Shown piece by piece: positions 59,901 through 64,000 of a DNA stretch of 64,000 nucleotides. Source of the DNA: Trichoplax sp. H2 (lineage: Eukaryota); the NCBI GenBank assembly GCA_003344405.1, contig NOWV01000107.1, forward strand, positions 186,001-250,000. Direction: 5' to 3'. The first letter of the stretch is position 1. Every line of letters begins with the position of its first letter. The position numbers and the translations under genes are program-made. The notes beneath the pieces were generated by a model. That model had not been told where the DNA came from. It ran no database searches and saw only the letters and a list, made by a program, of their open reading frames with translations.

Positions 59901-60942
59901 ATTGAGCGTAGGCTTTGTAGCTACAATTAATATAAGTTACAGGTGAAATTAAGGTGGCTAAATAAAAGCTAACGATTAATCTTGTATCCTACAGTACTGT
60001 ATAAGAAAGTTGCGGTTCTTGTAAAAAGTTGAGGTATACGATAGCTTTATTACTAGTTCTAGGGGTGCTTTAATTGATTACAGAGCAGTTCAATCGTGTT
60101 TATCTGTATCTCAGATACTGTAAGAAGTATCCAATCAATTTGTAAATTTTCTTATCGTAATTTACTGCAGTCATTCTATACTAGTAGTACTAATGTATAG
60201 ATTTAAGATTTTATTATTATTACTAGTACATGTATCTCGATCATGGTAAGCACTGTGCTCTATCTATTAAGAATAGTATACAAAACAATTTCATGGTTTC
60301 GTTTTATTACAGTGCTTATTCTGAACATATTGAGATTTAAATGTTGCACTACTGTTATATATGGAGCAATTACATATACAGCATACTGTAAAGTAGTATT
60401 ATACATGATAACTAGAAATTAAATGAGCTCGAATGTTACAATAACGTTGTTTCAGAAAGCAGTTTATAATTCTAGTTGTAGTAAGCTATACTTTGGTGTT
60501 ACATTTTACTGCGTATGTATTACAGGGCACTGCTACAGTAATATCAGCAATGAAAATAGAAATCTGGGGTTCTGTGATGAAAATATTTACTACACTTGAC
60601 AGATTGTTATGCAATTATTTTACACGTTTACGGGTATATTAAGCTTATTAAATCTTATTAAGATAGGATATCATCGAATCATAGCTTTGTATGATAAGTG
60701 ATCAATATTCTCGCTATTAAAGAGAGTAAAATGTAAGGTATCATCAATTTACATAGTCTGACACAATCTTAATTACATTACATTACTTACATGATAATAA
60801 TTAGATTCAGCTTCAATTGGAATAAACTGGTGAAAAGCACCATTAATTTCAACTTTCTTCATGCATTACATTTCCATAACTAAAAATTATTTAACTATAA
60901 TTATAAATCGAGGTTAGTAACGAGAAAAATTAAACTGGCTTG

Positions 60943-62227
60943 TGTCGCAAAACAGCTTAGCAACAAAATAACGTAATGTGCGATCAATAAGTCAATTCCT
61001 TGAACCACGTATCGAGGAACGATATTTCTACAATCAGGAACACTTTTGCTCTACTAGCAGACTACTCAAAGACTTAGACGCCTCGTATTTTACGTTAAAC
61101 GCTAAGTTTAAAAATTAACTTTATTACACGATATACTGCATTTATGTACTCTTCCTCAATAGTTCATGAGCCATAGTTAGTACGATTAACTTTGGAATCA
61201 TTCACTGAATTAGACATTAATTTTATCTACTGTTCCTTTATGCAGATAACAGTATTTACGAACATAGACATCTGATAACTAATACAGAATCGTCAGATTG
61301 CGATGTCCTATCACGAGACATTTCGACGATAATTTACAATCTACCATAAGTAAATTACAATCACAACGATTCGAACTGTAAGTAGATAATTCGCATTCCC
61401 TAATATAGCTATTAATTTCAGTATATGTATATATATATGTCACAGTCATAAAATGCCAGTGCTACATTAAAACACAATACATCCAAATTAGAAGTTAGCT
61501 AAATTAGGATAGGCTAACAAAATTATCCTAACATAGATATTTCTACTCTAATATAGTGTATAACACTGTCACAACTTGTGATAAAGAGTTGATTCTCGTC
61601 TAAAACTATTCTCCAAAACACAAATATCAACAAACGATTAGAGTTTAGAGGTGATACCTTTATTACGAATTCAATTATAGTAATAGCAGCAGTTCTATAA
61701 GCAGTATAATAATCTAGCGGCTTCTTTCGTAAAGGAGTCCAAGAGAGTTAGAAAAGATCCCATGCAAGTTTAGTAGATGTTTGTAGAAGTGTAGTGTAGC
61801 CTAGTATCGTTCGTGGCTTTCATTTACATAACACTCAAGGTTGATCAATCATTATAATAACAAAAATAATATCTGTACGACATTAAGCTAAATCTTATAT
61901 AACGTAGAGATCATAGCTAGACATTATCAATACGATTTACACAGCATAATAGAATGTTATTAACATAACACATCTATATATATTGCTATCCGCAACACAT
62001 TAGCTGATTACTATTACATACATTGAGGTGTTATTGCTATCTTAATAACATTAAATGATCAAATTACTAACTATAGCAACTTTATACATCTTTAGTATTA
62101 TCACAAACTTAACTTGCGAACTGCTAGCCTAAATAATAGATTACTTTTTTCTATCTCTACTGCACCTGGAGATCTACTTTGTGGTAGTCCTATACTACTT
62201 CCAGTCATATTGCTATTAGCTACATAA
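60943..62227 (+). pseudogene. second decayed LRR-GPCR ectodomain/hinge remnant
   Basis: 62101-62208 is homologous to 51905-52012 and encodes ISTAPGDLLCGSPILLPVILLLAT* (62153-62227). LRR-like LNHVSRNDISTI at 61000-61035. Many stops. Confidence 0.55.
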
Positions 62228-63263
62228 CAAAATCTATTTAATTAATTAATTAACATGCACGGTGCTTTGCTCCTAAACAAATATACACTTAGGCCGCATG
62301 CACATCTTCATTTACAGCAAGCGAGCCGTACGATAACATCTTTCAAAGTAAAATAAGTCTACTCCGCTACTACACCACTCTACTGCCAGACCTGTCGTAC
62401 CCAATATCTGCCTACAGCACTACTCTGAATGCCAAGATCTTGCAGTGCCAGATAAATTTTTATCAATATATTCCTAAGTATGTACAGTAATCATGTTATT
62501 ACTTTTTCGAAACCCTTCTACTTTGTAACGTAGAAGATTCGCTAGAAATCTCCGGACGAGTCCAGCTAGAGTAATGAACTAGATTTTATCGCTGTTATTA
62601 TATCGCCATCATACAGTTGAGCAAAACTAACGGTAAATTAAAATACTAATCGATGCGATGACAGTCGTGATGAGATAACGGTCGACGATTCATAATAATT
62701 GATAACCTATGAGAAAAATATATATGGACTACGATTTTATTTATTGCCTCTTCTGTAAACATACATACCCAAATTTTATGCTTAATTGGATATGGTAATA
62801 CAGTCAAATAGGCTGGATTAAAGCTACAATGAGTTTCTAGTAGGAAAAATTTATTAAGATAAGTAACTAGAATCTTCGTATTATATGTAAATCTATGCTA
62901 TGGCCGTAGGATATGACCGATCCCAAAATTACCAAATTTGTTAAAAATTAGAACGTTACTAGATCGTCATACAAAGATAACCTACACACAGCTCTACTCT
63001 AGCTGAACACAACTACCAGAAAGAGTTTTAGAAAGAATTACTAAGATAACTTAAAATTGTCTGCTTGTATAATTTCCGTAGCACTTGCAGCTTCTATCAA
63101 CATAGCATAGCAACATTCTACCTAATTTTATTTTCAGGTCATTCTTAATAACATTTTATTGCGGACAATCTATAACCCAGTATAGTAACAGCCACATTAT
63201 TTACGTTGACATTTATTTCCACCAGCCAAAGTACGATGAACTAACCGTATCTTAATATATGAA

Positions 63264-63886
63264 TGTCACAAAACAGTTTTGCAACAAGATAACGCAATAT
63301 ACGATCAATAAGTCAATTCCTTGAACCACGTATCAAGGAACGATATCTGCACTATCACAAACACTTTTGCTCTACTAGCAGACTACACAAAGACTTAAAC
63401 GCCTCGTTTTTTACGTTAAACACTAAGTTTGAGAATCCACTTTATTGTACGATGTACTGCATTTATATACTACTCCTCAATAGTTCATGAGTCATAGTTA
63501 ATACAATTAACATTAGAATCATTTACTGAATTAGATATTAATTTTAGCTACTGCTCCCTTAATGCAGACAACAGTATTTACCAACATAGACATATAATGA
63601 CTAATACAGAATAGTCGATATGTCTTATCACGGAACATTTCCATGATAATTTACGATCTACCATAAGTAAATTACAATCACAATGATTCGAACTGTAAGT
63701 AGATGATTTGCATTCCCTATTATAACTATTAATTTCAGTATGTATATAAGTGTCACTATCATAAAAAGTCAGTGTTATATTAAAACACAGTATATCCAAA
63801 TTAGAAGTTAACTAAATAAGGATAGGCTAACAGGATTATCCTAACATAGATATTTCTACTCTAATACAATATATAACACTGTCACA
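63264..63886 (+). repeat. diverged direct copy (~620 bp) of 60943-61573
   Basis: Colinear similarity throughout, e.g. CGATCAATAAGTCAATTCCTTGAACCACGTATC and TCCAAATTAGAAGTTA.CTAAAT.AGGATAGGCTAACA. Offset ~2.32 kb. Confidence 0.92.
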
Positions 63887-64000
63887 CAACGTATTATGGT
63901 TATTGTAGCCCTTTTATGTGGACATTTTCCTACATATTACGGTGTTGATCTACGAATAAGTTGACGTTTTCAAGTAACGAAATCAACAACAATACCTTGT

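Noticed and set aside
62395-62705. Minus-strand exon-like block with KIYLALQDLG resembling an Eph ligand-binding-domain strand
   Set aside because: Single short motif amid stops in all frames; cannot be supported without a profile search.
60943-63886. LTR retroelement: two ~620-bp direct repeats with TGT...ACA ends around a 1.7-kb interior
   Set aside because: No target-site duplication, no TGG primer-binding site or polypurine tract, no gag/pol remnants; the interior holds a GPCR hinge remnant, which fits segmental duplication better.

Overview
Eukaryotic (animal) genomic DNA: AT-rich, compact, with many short spliceosomal introns. Composition and gene style resemble a non-bilaterian metazoan such as the placozoan Trichoplax (inference, not proven from the window). 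By splicing exons by hand I recover seven conserved multi-exon genes: a SEL1L-like gene (minus, runs off the left edge), GSTZ1, RBM25, an ACAP-type BAR-PH-ArfGAP, ZFYVE1/DFCP1, DCAF4-like and RTF1. There is also a small secreted protein with a single thyroglobulin type-1 domain. Six of these genes form three head-to-head pairs. The last ~14 kb has no intact gene and reads as several decayed LRR-GPCR (LGR-like) copies. Notable non-coding structure: (i) TACAG/CTGTA pentamer islands at almost every gene 5' end; (ii) two adjacent foldback elements with different arms but the same core; (iii) a ~220-bp tandem array whose units carry a long hairpin with one invariant arm; (iv) an intronic 89-bp hairpin-containing tandem array; (v) a GC-AG intron in GSTZ1; (vi) a haplotype-like duplication around an N gap. 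No rRNA, tRNA, CRISPR array or intact transposase was found. Gene names rest on recalled sequence similarity, not on a database search.
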